Part shown: positions 39,575 through 48,520 of the stretch, in pieces
How the letters are laid out: each line of letters begins with the position of its first letter
Numbering within the stretch: the first letter of the stretch is position 1
Assembly: GCA_044229975.1 (NCBI GenBank)
Contig: JBGARZ010000010.1
Coordinates: 32,001-96,000, forward strand
Length of the DNA: 64,000 nucleotides
From: Polyangiales bacterium
GTDB taxonomy: Bacteria > Myxococcota_A > Polyangia > Polyangiales > Ga0077539
Direction: 5' to 3'
Notes under the pieces: model-generated
Databases searched by the model: none
What the model was told of the DNA's origin: nothing
Seen by the model: the letters and a program-made list of their open reading frames with translations, nothing else
Made by a program: the position numbers and the translations under genes

Positions 39575-42500
39575 ATGACCCACGCCTCACACTCGCTCGT
39601 CGCCGAGCGCGAGACTCCGCTCGCCCCGTGGCCCAACCACAACGACCTCGTCTCCGCTCTCGCCGAGCACGTCACACGCTACGGGAGCGTCTTTCGCCTC
39701 CCCGCCTTTCGCCCGACGTACGTGCTCAGCGGAGCAGAGGGCATGCGGGTGATGGACGACCTCCAGCACGTCGAACGCACGCTCGTCGTGATGCCGCCCG
39801 ACGCGCACCTGCTGCTCGCCAACGACGGCATCGGTCCGCTCAGCTCCACCGACGGCGCGGAGCACTTCCGCCGGCTCTCCGCGTGGGTCTCGCCCGACGC
39901 GCTCGACCCCGCGGGGCTCGCGGCGTCGTTTCAACGCATCCAACGCAGCGTCGACGACATCCTCTCGGGATGGGAGCGCCTCGGGCTCTTCTCGCTCGCG
40001 CTGGAGGTGCAGCGGGCGACGTGGCGCCTCTCGACGATGCTCCTGCTCGGGCGCGAGGCCGAAGGTCACCGGCTGGTCGACGTCGACACCCGCTCGAAGT
40101 CGACGCAGGCGTCCGAGCGTGAGGCCGCCAAGGCGCGGCTGCTCGCGTGGCTCGATGGTGAGGCCGCGGAGTTCGAGGGTGGCAGCGCCCGCGCGCCGTG
40201 GTGCCTGGGCGCGAAGCTCGCCGCCGCCGGAACGCTGTCGCGCGCTGAGCTCGTCAACGAGATCAACCACGGGCTGACCGCGGGGATGTTCGGGTGCGTT
40301 CCGACCACCGAGGCGTTGCACCGACTCTGCCGCGACCGCGAGCTGCTGGCCGAGCTCCGCGCCGAGCACCGCGCCCTCGGCGGTGACATTTCACTCGCAG
40401 CCCTGCGCCGCACGCCGAAGCTCCTCAAGCTCATCGACGAATCGCTGCGCCTCACTACGCCGGTTCCGCTGCTCTACGCCCGCGCGAAGCACGACTTCCT
40501 CATCGACGGCGTGCTCATCCCGGCGGGCGCGACGCTGCTCGGCGCCGCCCAAGCGACCAACCAGGACGCCGGCTTCGTGTCGACCGCGCACGACAAACAC
40601 GTCGCGTCGCCCGCGGCCAACATCGCCTTCGGCATCGGCCGCCACTGGTGCCCCGCGGCCAACGTCGCGACCGTCTCCATGTGGCTGCTCGCGACGAAGC
40701 TCCTCGCTTCGTACGACCTGCGCGCCCTCGACGAGACCGACATCCCGGTGCGCCGGGCGAGCGGACTCTCCGCGCCGCGGGGCGCCTGGGTGCGCTTCGG
40801 CCGCGGAACCCTCGATGGCCCCATGCACGCCGCCGCGAAGCGCGCCCCCACGCTGCCGACGCCCGCGGCGGACGACGCGTCGCCGCCGCCCGACCTCGAC
40901 GCGCGCATCGCGATCGTGGGCGCGGGCATCACCGGGCTCACCGTCGCGCATGAGCTGCGCAAGCGGGGCTTTCGGCACGTCACGGTGTTCGAGGGGGCGC
41001 CCTCGGTGGGCGGCAAGGCGGATACGGTTCACGTCGATGGGCGGCCGTACAACCTGGGCGCGCACCTCTGCCACGGCAGCCTCGGCGTCGCGGCGCTCGC
41101 GAAGGACGTCGGCGTCGCGATGGAGCGAACGACCTCCTACGCGCTCTGGGACATCGACCACAACCGCGCGGTGCCGCGCCGTTATCAAGACCTCGCGGAG
41201 TTCGACAAGCTGCGTCGGTGGATCGCCGCGCGCCCCGAGCTGACCCGCGAGGCGGGCTTCGCGGCCGAGGCCGAGACCTACCCCGTGGTCGACCGCTGGC
41301 TCGCCGCCAACGACCTCGGGGGATTGCGCGAGGTGGGGCCGTTCTTCACCGGCGCGGGCTATGGCTTCATGGACGAGGACGTGCCGGCGGCGTTCTTCCT
41401 GAAGTTTGCGCAGCACATGGCCGAGGAGGGGTGGACCCCGTCGGGCGGCTACAAGCACCTGCTGGAGACCGTGAGCCGCGGGCTCGATGTGCGCTGCGCG
41501 ACGACGGTCGAGCGCGTCGTGCGAACGAAGGGCGAGGGCGTCCGGCTGACGACGCGCGCTGCCGGAGAAGAGGCGCGGACGGAGACCTTCGACCGGCTGG
41601 TGCTCACCGGGCCGCTGGAGCACGCGCACCGCTACCTCGATCAGAGCGACGAGGAGTCGGCGCTGTTTTCGCGGGTTCGTTCGGACGAGTACTACACGGT
41701 GCTCGCCACGCTCGACGTCGCGTCGCCCCACGCGGCGGGGCTCTACATCGTGCCCGGCAACACCGCGACGCGGGGCGAAGGCGGTCGCACCACGGCCTTC
41801 GTCCGCATGTACGACGAGAGCCGCGTCTATCACTTCTTCGGCTACGGCGTGCCTGGTCAGAGCGACGAGTCCATCCTCGAACGGGTGCGCGCCGACGCCC
41901 GCTCGCTCGGCGGCGAGATCACCGAGGTGCACGTATTCCGCAAGTGGGCCTATGCGCCGCGCGTCTCGCCGCACGACATGGCGCTCGGCTTCCACGCGAA
42001 GCTCGATCGCCTCCAGGGGCGCGCGGGCACCTACTACGCGGGGAGCCTCCTGGCCTTCGAGCTCACCGACCACAACGTGCTCTTCGCGCAGAGCCTCGTC
42101 GCGCGCTTCTTCTCCCCCGACGCCGCGCGCCCCGCGGTCGACGCGCCCGTCGCCAGTGACCCGCTGTGCCGGGTACCCGAGCGCGGAACGTCGTCCATCC
42201 TCGACGTGCTCCGCGAGCGCTACGAGCGCACGCCCGACGCGCCGGTGACCACCTTCCTCGACGCCAGGGGCAAGGAGGTGCGCACGCTCACGTACCGCGG
42301 TCTCGTCGAGCGCGCGACGGCCTGCGCGGTGGCCCTCGGCGATGCGAGCGTGCGGGACGGCGACCGCGTCGCGCTGGTGTACCCGCCCGACACCGATGAG
42401 TTTCTCGTGGGCTTCTTCGGGTGCCTGTTGGCGGGCGCCGTGGCGGTGCCCATCGCGTCGCCCGACCCGCGCGCGCTCGACGTCGAGGTGCCGCGCTTCG

Positions 42501-45028
42501 CCCACCTCATCGGCGACTGCGGCTGCCGCGTGGCGCTCACCACCCGGCTCTACTACGGCGCCGCGCTCGTCGGCCGCGCGTGGCACCGCCTCACCGGCCG
42601 CGCCGCGGCGACGCCCGCGAAGTGGCCCGACCTCACCTGGATTCGCACCGACGGCCTGTCGCCCATCGCGCCGACCGCGCGCCGACCCATCCCCTCGGCG
42701 CCGGCCGACAAGCTCGCGTACCTGCAATACACGTCCGGATCGACCTCCGCGCCGAAGGGCGTGATGATCCGCCACGGCAACATCCTCCACAACGTCGAGG
42801 CCATCCGCCGCCAGGCGCACATGACCGCGCGCTCGGTGCTGGTCGGGTGGGTTCCGCTCTTCCACGACATGGGCCTCGTGGGCGGACCGCTCAACGCCAT
42901 CTACACGGGCGCGCACCTCATCTACTTCTCGCCGATGAGCTTCCTCCAGAACCCGCGGCTCTGGCTCGAAGCCATGAGCCGCTACCGCGCGACGCACACC
43001 GAGAGCCCCAACTTCGGGTACGAGTTTCTGCTGCGGCGCATCGAGGGTGATCCCCTCGACGGCATCGACCTCTCGCGCGTGACGCACGCCCTCTTCGGCG
43101 GCGAGGTGATGCGCCCCCGAACCGTCGAGCGGGTGGCCGAACGACTGCACAAGACCGGCTTCCGCCCGTCGGCGATGATCAACATCTTCGGCGCCGCGGA
43201 GGCCACGCTCTTCCTCGCGGGCGGCGGCGACGGCGAGACCCCGCTGCTGTCCGTCGTGACGCAGCCGCTCCAGGCGCAGCGCCGCGCGGTGCCGTGCGCG
43301 CCCGATGCGTTCTCCTCCACCACGCTCGTCGGGTGCCGTGTCCCGCCCGACGCGTGCGACCTGCGCGTAGTCGACCCCGAGAGCACGCGTCTCCTGCCCG
43401 ACCGCGAGGTGGGCGAGGTGTGGCTCTCCTCGCCCTCGGTCGCCGAAGGCTACTGGGGCCGCTCGCGCGAGGACAACGACCGCACCTTCCGCGCACGCGT
43501 CGCAGGCGACCCATCTCCGGCTCGAACCTACCTCCGCACGGGCGACCTGGGCTTCATCGACCGCGGCGTCGTCTACCTCTGCGGGCGCTTCAAGGAGATG
43601 ATGATCTTCGAGGGCCGCAACATCTATCCCATGGACGTCGAGGCGAGCGTGATGAACGCCCACCCCGCCATCCGCCAGGGCTGCGTCGCGGCGTTCTCGG
43701 TGGAGGAGGGCGAGCAGGAGAAGCTGGTCATCGTCGCCGAGCTCAAGGCCAACGGCGCCGCCCACTCCGCCGCCGCGGCGTCGGCGATCGCGCTCACCGT
43801 CGCGACGCAGCACCGCCTCACCTGCAAGGCCGTGCTGCTCGTGAAGACCAACTCCCTGCCGAAGACCAGCAGCGGCAAGCTCCAGCGCTACAAGGCCCGC
43901 GAGCTCTACCTCGCACGCCTCCTCGACGTCCTGCACACGCAGTCCGCCGACGCCGTCGTCGCTCCCTCCGACGCACCCATGGAGACGGTCGTCGACGACC
44001 TCAAGAGCCCTGTCTTCGCAGGCGACGTGGGCGACACCCGCCGCTGGCTGCAACGGCTCGTCGCCTCGGCGCTGCACGTCCCCGCCGAGGAAATCGACCC
44101 GACGGTCGCGCTCTCGCTCTACGGCGTCGAGTCGGCGCAGGCGCTGTCGATGGTGGTGAAGCTCTCGGAGTACGTCGGCCGGGACGTCGCGCCGTCGGTG
44201 CTGTTCGAGCACCAGACCGTCGACGAGCTCGCGGCCTACCTCTGCGGCGAGGAGCGGCCCTTGAGTCGCGTGCTCGTCCCGCTGCAACGCGGCGAGCCGG
44301 GGCGTTCGCGGACGCTGTTCTGCGTGCACCCGGTGGGCGGCAGCGCGATGGCCTACCTCGGGCTGGTGAAGCACCTGCCCGAGCACGTCCCCGTGTACGC
44401 CTTCGACAGCGACGGGGCGGAGGTTCCGTGCGACGACCTCGTGGAGATGGCGCGGCGCTACGTCGCGGAGATGCAGGTGGTGCAGCCCGATGGGCCGTAC
44501 ACCCTCGTCGGCTACTCCTTCGGCGGAACCGTCGCCTTCGAGATGGCCCGCCAGATGATCGCGGCGGGCCTCACGGTGGAGGGGCTCTTCATGATCGACG
44601 CGCCCGCGCCGCTCGCCGCCGAGGGCGCGGTCGAGTCGGCGCCGCACCCGCAGGAGGCCGAGACCTACGCGCGCTTCCTGGCGTCGGCGATGCTCAACCG
44701 CATCGTCTCCGACGAGCTCGACGACGACGCGCGCGACCGGCTGCGCGAGCGCGTCGAGCAGAACCACCAGGCCCACGCCCGCTACCGCGTGGGGCGGGGC
44801 GAGCGCGGGTCGTCGCCGGAGATCACGTTCTTCCGCGCGGCGGACGAAGCACCCAACCTGCGTGACCACCTGCGGCACCCGGCCTTCGACGCGCCCGACT
44901 TCGGCTGGTCGCAGGTCTCGCCCGACGCCCCGGTGCGCGTCGCCACGGTGCCCGGTGATCACTTCAGCGTGATGCGCGAACCCGCCGCGCTCGCGTCGCT
45001 GCTGGCCGAGGCGATCGGCCCGTCGTGA
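39575..45028 (+). CDS. multidomain enzyme: cytochrome P450 - FAD oxidoreductase/isomerase - fatty acyl-AMP ligase - ACP - thioesterase
   Basis: P450: ESLR and FGIGRHWC. FAD domain: IVGAGITG..E..VGGK. FAAL: YLQYTSGSTSAPKGV, PLFHDMGL, RTGDLGF and PKTSSGK. ACP: GVES. TE: HPVGG, GYSFGG and GDHF. Confidence 0.93.
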   Translation: MTHASHSLVAERETPLAPWPNHNDLVSALAEHVTRYGSVFRLPAFRPTYVLSGAEGMRVMDDLQHVERTLVVMPPDAHLLLANDGIGPLSSTDGAEHFRRLSAWVSPDALDPAGLAASFQRIQRSVDDILSGWERLGLFSLALEVQRATWRLSTMLLLGREAEGHRLVDVDTRSKSTQASEREAAKARLLAWLDGEAAEFEGGSARAPWCLGAKLAAAGTLSRAELVNEINHGLTAGMFGCVPTTEALHRLCRDRELLAELRAEHRALGGDISLAALRRTPKLLKLIDESLRLTTPVPLLYARAKHDFLIDGVLIPAGATLLGAAQATNQDAGFVSTAHDKHVASPAANIAFGIGRHWCPAANVATVSMWLLATKLLASYDLRALDETDIPVRRASGLSAPRGAWVRFGRGTLDGPMHAAAKRAPTLPTPAADDASPPPDLDARIAIVGAGITGLTVAHELRKRGFRHVTVFEGAPSVGGKADTVHVDGRPYNLGAHLCHGSLGVAALAKDVGVAMERTTSYALWDIDHNRAVPRRYQDLAEFDKLRRWIAARPELTREAGFAAEAETYPVVDRWLAANDLGGLREVGPFFTGAGYGFMDEDVPAAFFLKFAQHMAEEGWTPSGGYKHLLETVSRGLDVRCATTVERVVRTKGEGVRLTTRAAGEEARTETFDRLVLTGPLEHAHRYLDQSDEESALFSRVRSDEYYTVLATLDVASPHAAGLYIVPGNTATRGEGGRTTAFVRMYDESRVYHFFGYGVPGQSDESILERVRADARSLGGEITEVHVFRKWAYAPRVSPHDMALGFHAKLDRLQGRAGTYYAGSLLAFELTDHNVLFAQSLVARFFSPDAARPAVDAPVASDPLCRVPERGTSSILDVLRERYERTPDAPVTTFLDARGKEVRTLTYRGLVERATACAVALGDASVRDGDRVALVYPPDTDEFLVGFFGCLLAGAVAVPIASPDPRALDVEVPRFAHLIGDCGCRVALTTRLYYGAALVGRAWHRLTGRAAATPAKWPDLTWIRTDGLSPIAPTARRPIPSAPADKLAYLQYTSGSTSAPKGVMIRHGNILHNVEAIRRQAHMTARSVLVGWVPLFHDMGLVGGPLNAIYTGAHLIYFSPMSFLQNPRLWLEAMSRYRATHTESPNFGYEFLLRRIEGDPLDGIDLSRVTHALFGGEVMRPRTVERVAERLHKTGFRPSAMINIFGAAEATLFLAGGGDGETPLLSVVTQPLQAQRRAVPCAPDAFSSTTLVGCRVPPDACDLRVVDPESTRLLPDREVGEVWLSSPSVAEGYWGRSREDNDRTFRARVAGDPSPARTYLRTGDLGFIDRGVVYLCGRFKEMMIFEGRNIYPMDVEASVMNAHPAIRQGCVAAFSVEEGEQEKLVIVAELKANGAAHSAAAASAIALTVATQHRLTCKAVLLVKTNSLPKTSSGKLQRYKARELYLARLLDVLHTQSADAVVAPSDAPMETVVDDLKSPVFAGDVGDTRRWLQRLVASALHVPAEEIDPTVALSLYGVESAQALSMVVKLSEYVGRDVAPSVLFEHQTVDELAAYLCGEERPLSRVLVPLQRGEPGRSRTLFCVHPVGGSAMAYLGLVKHLPEHVPVYAFDSDGAEVPCDDLVEMARRYVAEMQVVQPDGPYTLVGYSFGGTVAFEMARQMIAAGLTVEGLFMIDAPAPLAAEGAVESAPHPQEAETYARFLASAMLNRIVSDELDDDARDRLRERVEQNHQAHARYRVGRGERGSSPEITFFRAADEAPNLRDHLRHPAFDAPDFGWSQVSPDAPVRVATVPGDHFSVMREPAALASLLAEAIGPS

Positions 45029-46423
45029 GCGGCGCACCCGCCACCCTCGCGCGCATCGCCGACCTGCCGGGACCGCGGCCGCTGCCGCTCGTGGGCAACG
45101 TCCTCCAGGTCTCGGTGCCGCGCATCCACCAACACCTGGAGGCGTGGGCCCGCGAGTACGGCGACCGCTACGCCTTCCGCCTCGGGCCGCGCGCCTTCGC
45201 GGTCGTCTCCGACCCGGAGACCGTGCAGCTCACCCTGCGCAACCGACCGCGCGGCTTCAACAAGTCGGGCGCCGAGCGCATCTGCGAGGAGCTCGGCATC
45301 CCAGGGCCCATCTCCGCCGAGGGCAGGCAGTGGCAGCGGCAGCGTCGGCTGGTGACGGCCGCGCTCTCGCACGAGCACCTCGGCGCCTTCTACGCGACGC
45401 TGGCGGGCGCGACGGCGACGCCTCGTCGAGCGGCTCAGGGCGCGCGCGGGCGAGACCATCGACGTGCAGGCCGAGCTCATGCGGCTGCTGGTGGAGGCCA
45501 CGACGGCGCTCGCCTTCGGCCGCGAGCTCGGCGACGTCGGGGGCGACGCGATACAGCGGCACCTCGATCGGGTGTTCACGAAGCTGATGAGCCGGCTGAC
45601 GGCCCCGGCGCCGTACTGGCGGCTCGTGCGGCTGCCCTCCGACCGCGCGGTCGACGACGCCGTCGCGCAGCTTCGCGGGATGTTCGAGGGGCTCATCGCG
45701 GAGGAGCGCGCGTGGCTCGCGGGCGAGGGGAAGGGCGCCGCGCCGCGCAGCTTCATGGCGGCCATGCTCGCCGCGCGCGACGAGGACGGCGCGGCCTTCG
45801 ACGAGCCGGTGATCTTCGGCAACCTCGTGCAGATCTTGATGGCGGGCGAGGACACCACCGCCAACACCATCTCGTGGGCCGTGCACCACCTCTGCGACGC
45901 GCCGGACGACGTCACCGCGTTGCGCGCCGAGGCCGAGCGGGTGCTGGGGGACGCGAGGGTTCCGCCGACGCTGGAGGCCGCCCAGGCGCTGGCCTACGCC
46001 GGGGCGTGCGCCAACGAGGCGATGCGGCTGCGCCCGGTGCTCCCGGTGCACTTCTTCACGGCCAACGAGGGCGCCGACCTGCCGGGGCTGCGCGTCGAGG
46101 CGGGCGAGCACCTCATCGTGCTGACCCGACCGGCGGGTCTCGATCCGCGCGACGTGGCGCGGCCGATGGAGTTCGCGCCGGAACGCTGGTCCGACCTGGG
46201 CGTCGCGGCGGAGTGGCAGAAGCGAGGGGTGTACGTCCCCTTCGGGTCGGGCGCGCGCCTCTGCGCCGGGCGCACGCTCGCGCTGCTGGAGATGCGCGTC
46301 GTGCTGGGCGCGCTCTACCGCAACTTCCACGTCGAGCGCGTCGGCCGCAGCGAGGACGTCAGCGAAGAACTCCAGATGACGATGCGCCCGGTGGGCCTGC
46401 GCGTGCGGCTGCGACCGCACTGA
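45025..46423 (+). pseudogene. cytochrome P450, split by a +1 frameshift at about 45415 (real or sequencing error)
   Basis: N-part LPGPRPLPLVGN..AEGRQWQRQRR is in the frame of 45025. C-part AGEDTT, EAMR, PERW and FGSGARLCAG is in the frame of 45464. Confidence 0.88.
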
Positions 46424-46439
46424 GCCCGCTCGTCGCCGA

Positions 46440-47504
46440 TCACTCCGTCCGTAGGTCCACCGGCGGCGCCTGGCGCGCCCACTCCAGCAGCACGTCGACG
46501 TCGCTCGGTGCGCCCGCCGCGCAGCGTCGACCGCCCGCCCGCAGCGCCCGCGCGCCCGCCTCCACCCGTCGCCGAACCGCCTCCGCCCCGACGCCCCACA
46601 GCCGCGCGCACACCACCCGCTCGAAGGTCGCGGCCACGTCCGCCGCGCCGTCGCGCGTCGTCGCCACCACGTCGCTCGCGCTCGTCATCCGCGGGCACCG
46701 CTCGCGGTCCGATCGCTTCGCCGCCGCGTCGTCGAGTCGAAAGCCGCCGCCCGTGACCGAGTGCACCGCCAGCAACGGCCCCACCGCGGTGTGCGGTGCC
46801 TCCCCGCACGGCCCCGGCGCCTCGCTCACGTAGCGCTCGTGCGTGAGCAGGTCGGGCCGCCCGTCGCCGTCGACGTCGCGCACCGCGGCCACCACCCACG
46901 CGCGCGACGGGGCGTACACGTCCACCGCGCCCTCGCGGAAGGACCACACGCGACCGTGGGCGGTGCTCGCCGCGCCGTGCCGCTCCGTCGCCACCCTCAC
47001 GAACACCTCGGGCTCCCCATCGCTGTCGTAGTCGAAGGTCGACAGCGTTCCGACGGAGACGCACTCGTCGCCCGCGGCGCACACGAGGTTGCCCTCGGGG
47101 CCCGTGACTCCATCGCTCCACGGGCGCACCGACGTTCGTGTCCCGTTCGCGGCCACGTGCACCAGCGAGAACGTCCCCGTCAGCGTCTCCGCCCGCGTGT
47201 CGGGGTCGCGCTCCACGGCGAGCGCGTCGACGTGCAGCGCCCACGCGCCCGTCGGGGTCGTCACGCACTGATCGAGCGCCGCGAGCGTCGGCCACGTCGT
47301 CGCGGGGCGCGCGCCGAGGGCTCGCGCGACGGTGGCCCGCGACTCGGCCTGGAGGGCATCGCACCGCGCCGTCGACGGAGCGGCGGGGCGACGACGACGG
47401 CGTCGGCGACGGGCGACGGTGGCCTCGGCGTTCGGGTCCGCCGGGGTCGGGGCGGCGGCGCATCCGACGAGGGCGAGCGCGATGAGGCAGCGAGCGAGGA
47501 GCAC
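46440..47504 (-). CDS. lipoprotein with FG-GAP-like DxDGDG motifs
   Basis: Lipobox LVGC. DYDSDGEPE and DVDGDGRPDL. Confidence 0.75.
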   Translation of the reverse strand: MLLARCLIALALVGCAAAPTPADPNAEATVARRRRRRRRPAAPSTARCDALQAESRATVARALGARPATTWPTLAALDQCVTTPTGAWALHVDALAVERDPDTRAETLTGTFSLVHVAANGTRTSVRPWSDGVTGPEGNLVCAAGDECVSVGTLSTFDYDSDGEPEVFVRVATERHGAASTAHGRVWSFREGAVDVYAPSRAWVVAAVRDVDGDGRPDLLTHERYVSEAPGPCGEAPHTAVGPLLAVHSVTGGGFRLDDAAAKRSDRERCPRMTSASDVVATTRDGAADVAATFERVVCARLWGVGAEAVRRRVEAGARALRAGGRRCAAGAPSDVDVLLEWARQAPPVDLRTE

Positions 47505-47570
47505 GGCGGCGGGCGCGGACTCTACCGCAACGGCTTATGCGCTAGCGCGAGAGGCGGTAGGGTCGACTCG

Positions 47571-47942
47571 ATGAACCCCAACGAGCCGCCCCGCAGTCGC
47601 CTCGCCGTGTCCTTCGCGGGCGCGGCGTTTCTCGCCGTGTTCATGGGCCTGGCGTGGACCATCGTGACCATCCTCGCGGCGCAGCGCGGCGTCGATCGCA
47701 CCCAGCAGGAGAGCGTCGGGCTGTTGATGATCTTCACGGGTCCGGCCGGGGCCTTCGGGGGCGCCATCGCGGGCTTCGTCGCGGGCGTCGTCGGCGACCC
47801 GACTCGCTGGCTCCGCCGCTGGGTCATCGTCGGCGTCGTGGGCACCCTGCTCGCGGTGGTCTTCAACGCGTGGATGCTCCACGAGTCGGCGCCCGAGAAC
47901 CGCCGCCCACCGCCCGCGCGCAGCGCACCCGCCGCTCAGTAG
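47571..47942 (+). CDS. small membrane protein (3 TM)
   Basis: ATG at 47571. Three hydrophobic segments. Confidence 0.7.
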   Translation: MNPNEPPRSRLAVSFAGAAFLAVFMGLAWTIVTILAAQRGVDRTQQESVGLLMIFTGPAGAFGGAIAGFVAGVVGDPTRWLRRWVIVGVVGTLLAVVFNAWMLHESAPENRRPPPARSAPAAQ

Positions 47943-47946
47943 CCGG

Positions 47947-48453
47947 TCACTCCACCTTCGCCCGCGCGAACTTCCGCCACGCCTCGGGCAGCCGCATCCC
48001 CATCACCTTCTCGGTTCCGGCCTCGTCGAGCACCACGAACGAGAACATCCCCCGGTACACCTCCGCGCCCGACTGCCGCAGGCGCACGTCGATCTTCAGT
48101 GTTCGTCGGTTCTCTTCGACGATGGTGGCCCTGCCCTCGACCTCGACCCCGATGCGCACCGGCTTGAGCAGCCGCGCCTCGATGGCCCCGGTGAACCCGA
48201 ACTGCTTCCGCACGCCGATGACCACCCAGCCCGCGAGCTCGTCGGCGAGCGTCGTCACGAGGCCGCCGTGCATCACCCCCGCGGGCCCCTGGAATTCCGG
48301 CGGCGCGGTGTACTTCACCGTCACCTCGCGGCCCTCGCGCACCGGCTTCAGCTTCATGCCGAAGGGGTTGCTCGGCGAGCACCCGAAGCACGGCTGCCCA
48401 TCACCGAAGATCGCCCCGTCGAGCGCCTCCACGTCGTCGTGGTCGTGACTCAT
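47947..48453 (-). CDS. PaaI-family hotdog thioesterase
   Basis: CFGC..NPFG and QGPAGVMHGGLVTTLADE. Confidence 0.9.
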   Translation of the reverse strand: MSHDHDDVEALDGAIFGDGQPCFGCSPSNPFGMKLKPVREGREVTVKYTAPPEFQGPAGVMHGGLVTTLADELAGWVVIGVRKQFGFTGAIEARLLKPVRIGVEVEGRATIVEENRRTLKIDVRLRQSGAEVYRGMFSFVVLDEAGTEKVMGMRLPEAWRKFARAKVE

Positions 48454-48520
48454 CCGATCAACTCTCTCCCCCCTGTGGGTGCCTTCTCGAAACCATCGCG
48501 CCCGTCTGCCGCGACGGCCC

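Noticed and set aside
47947..48453. PaaI thioesterase as part of the FAAL cluster
   Set aside because: Opposite strand, separated by two unrelated genes, and co-oriented with the barrel operon instead.
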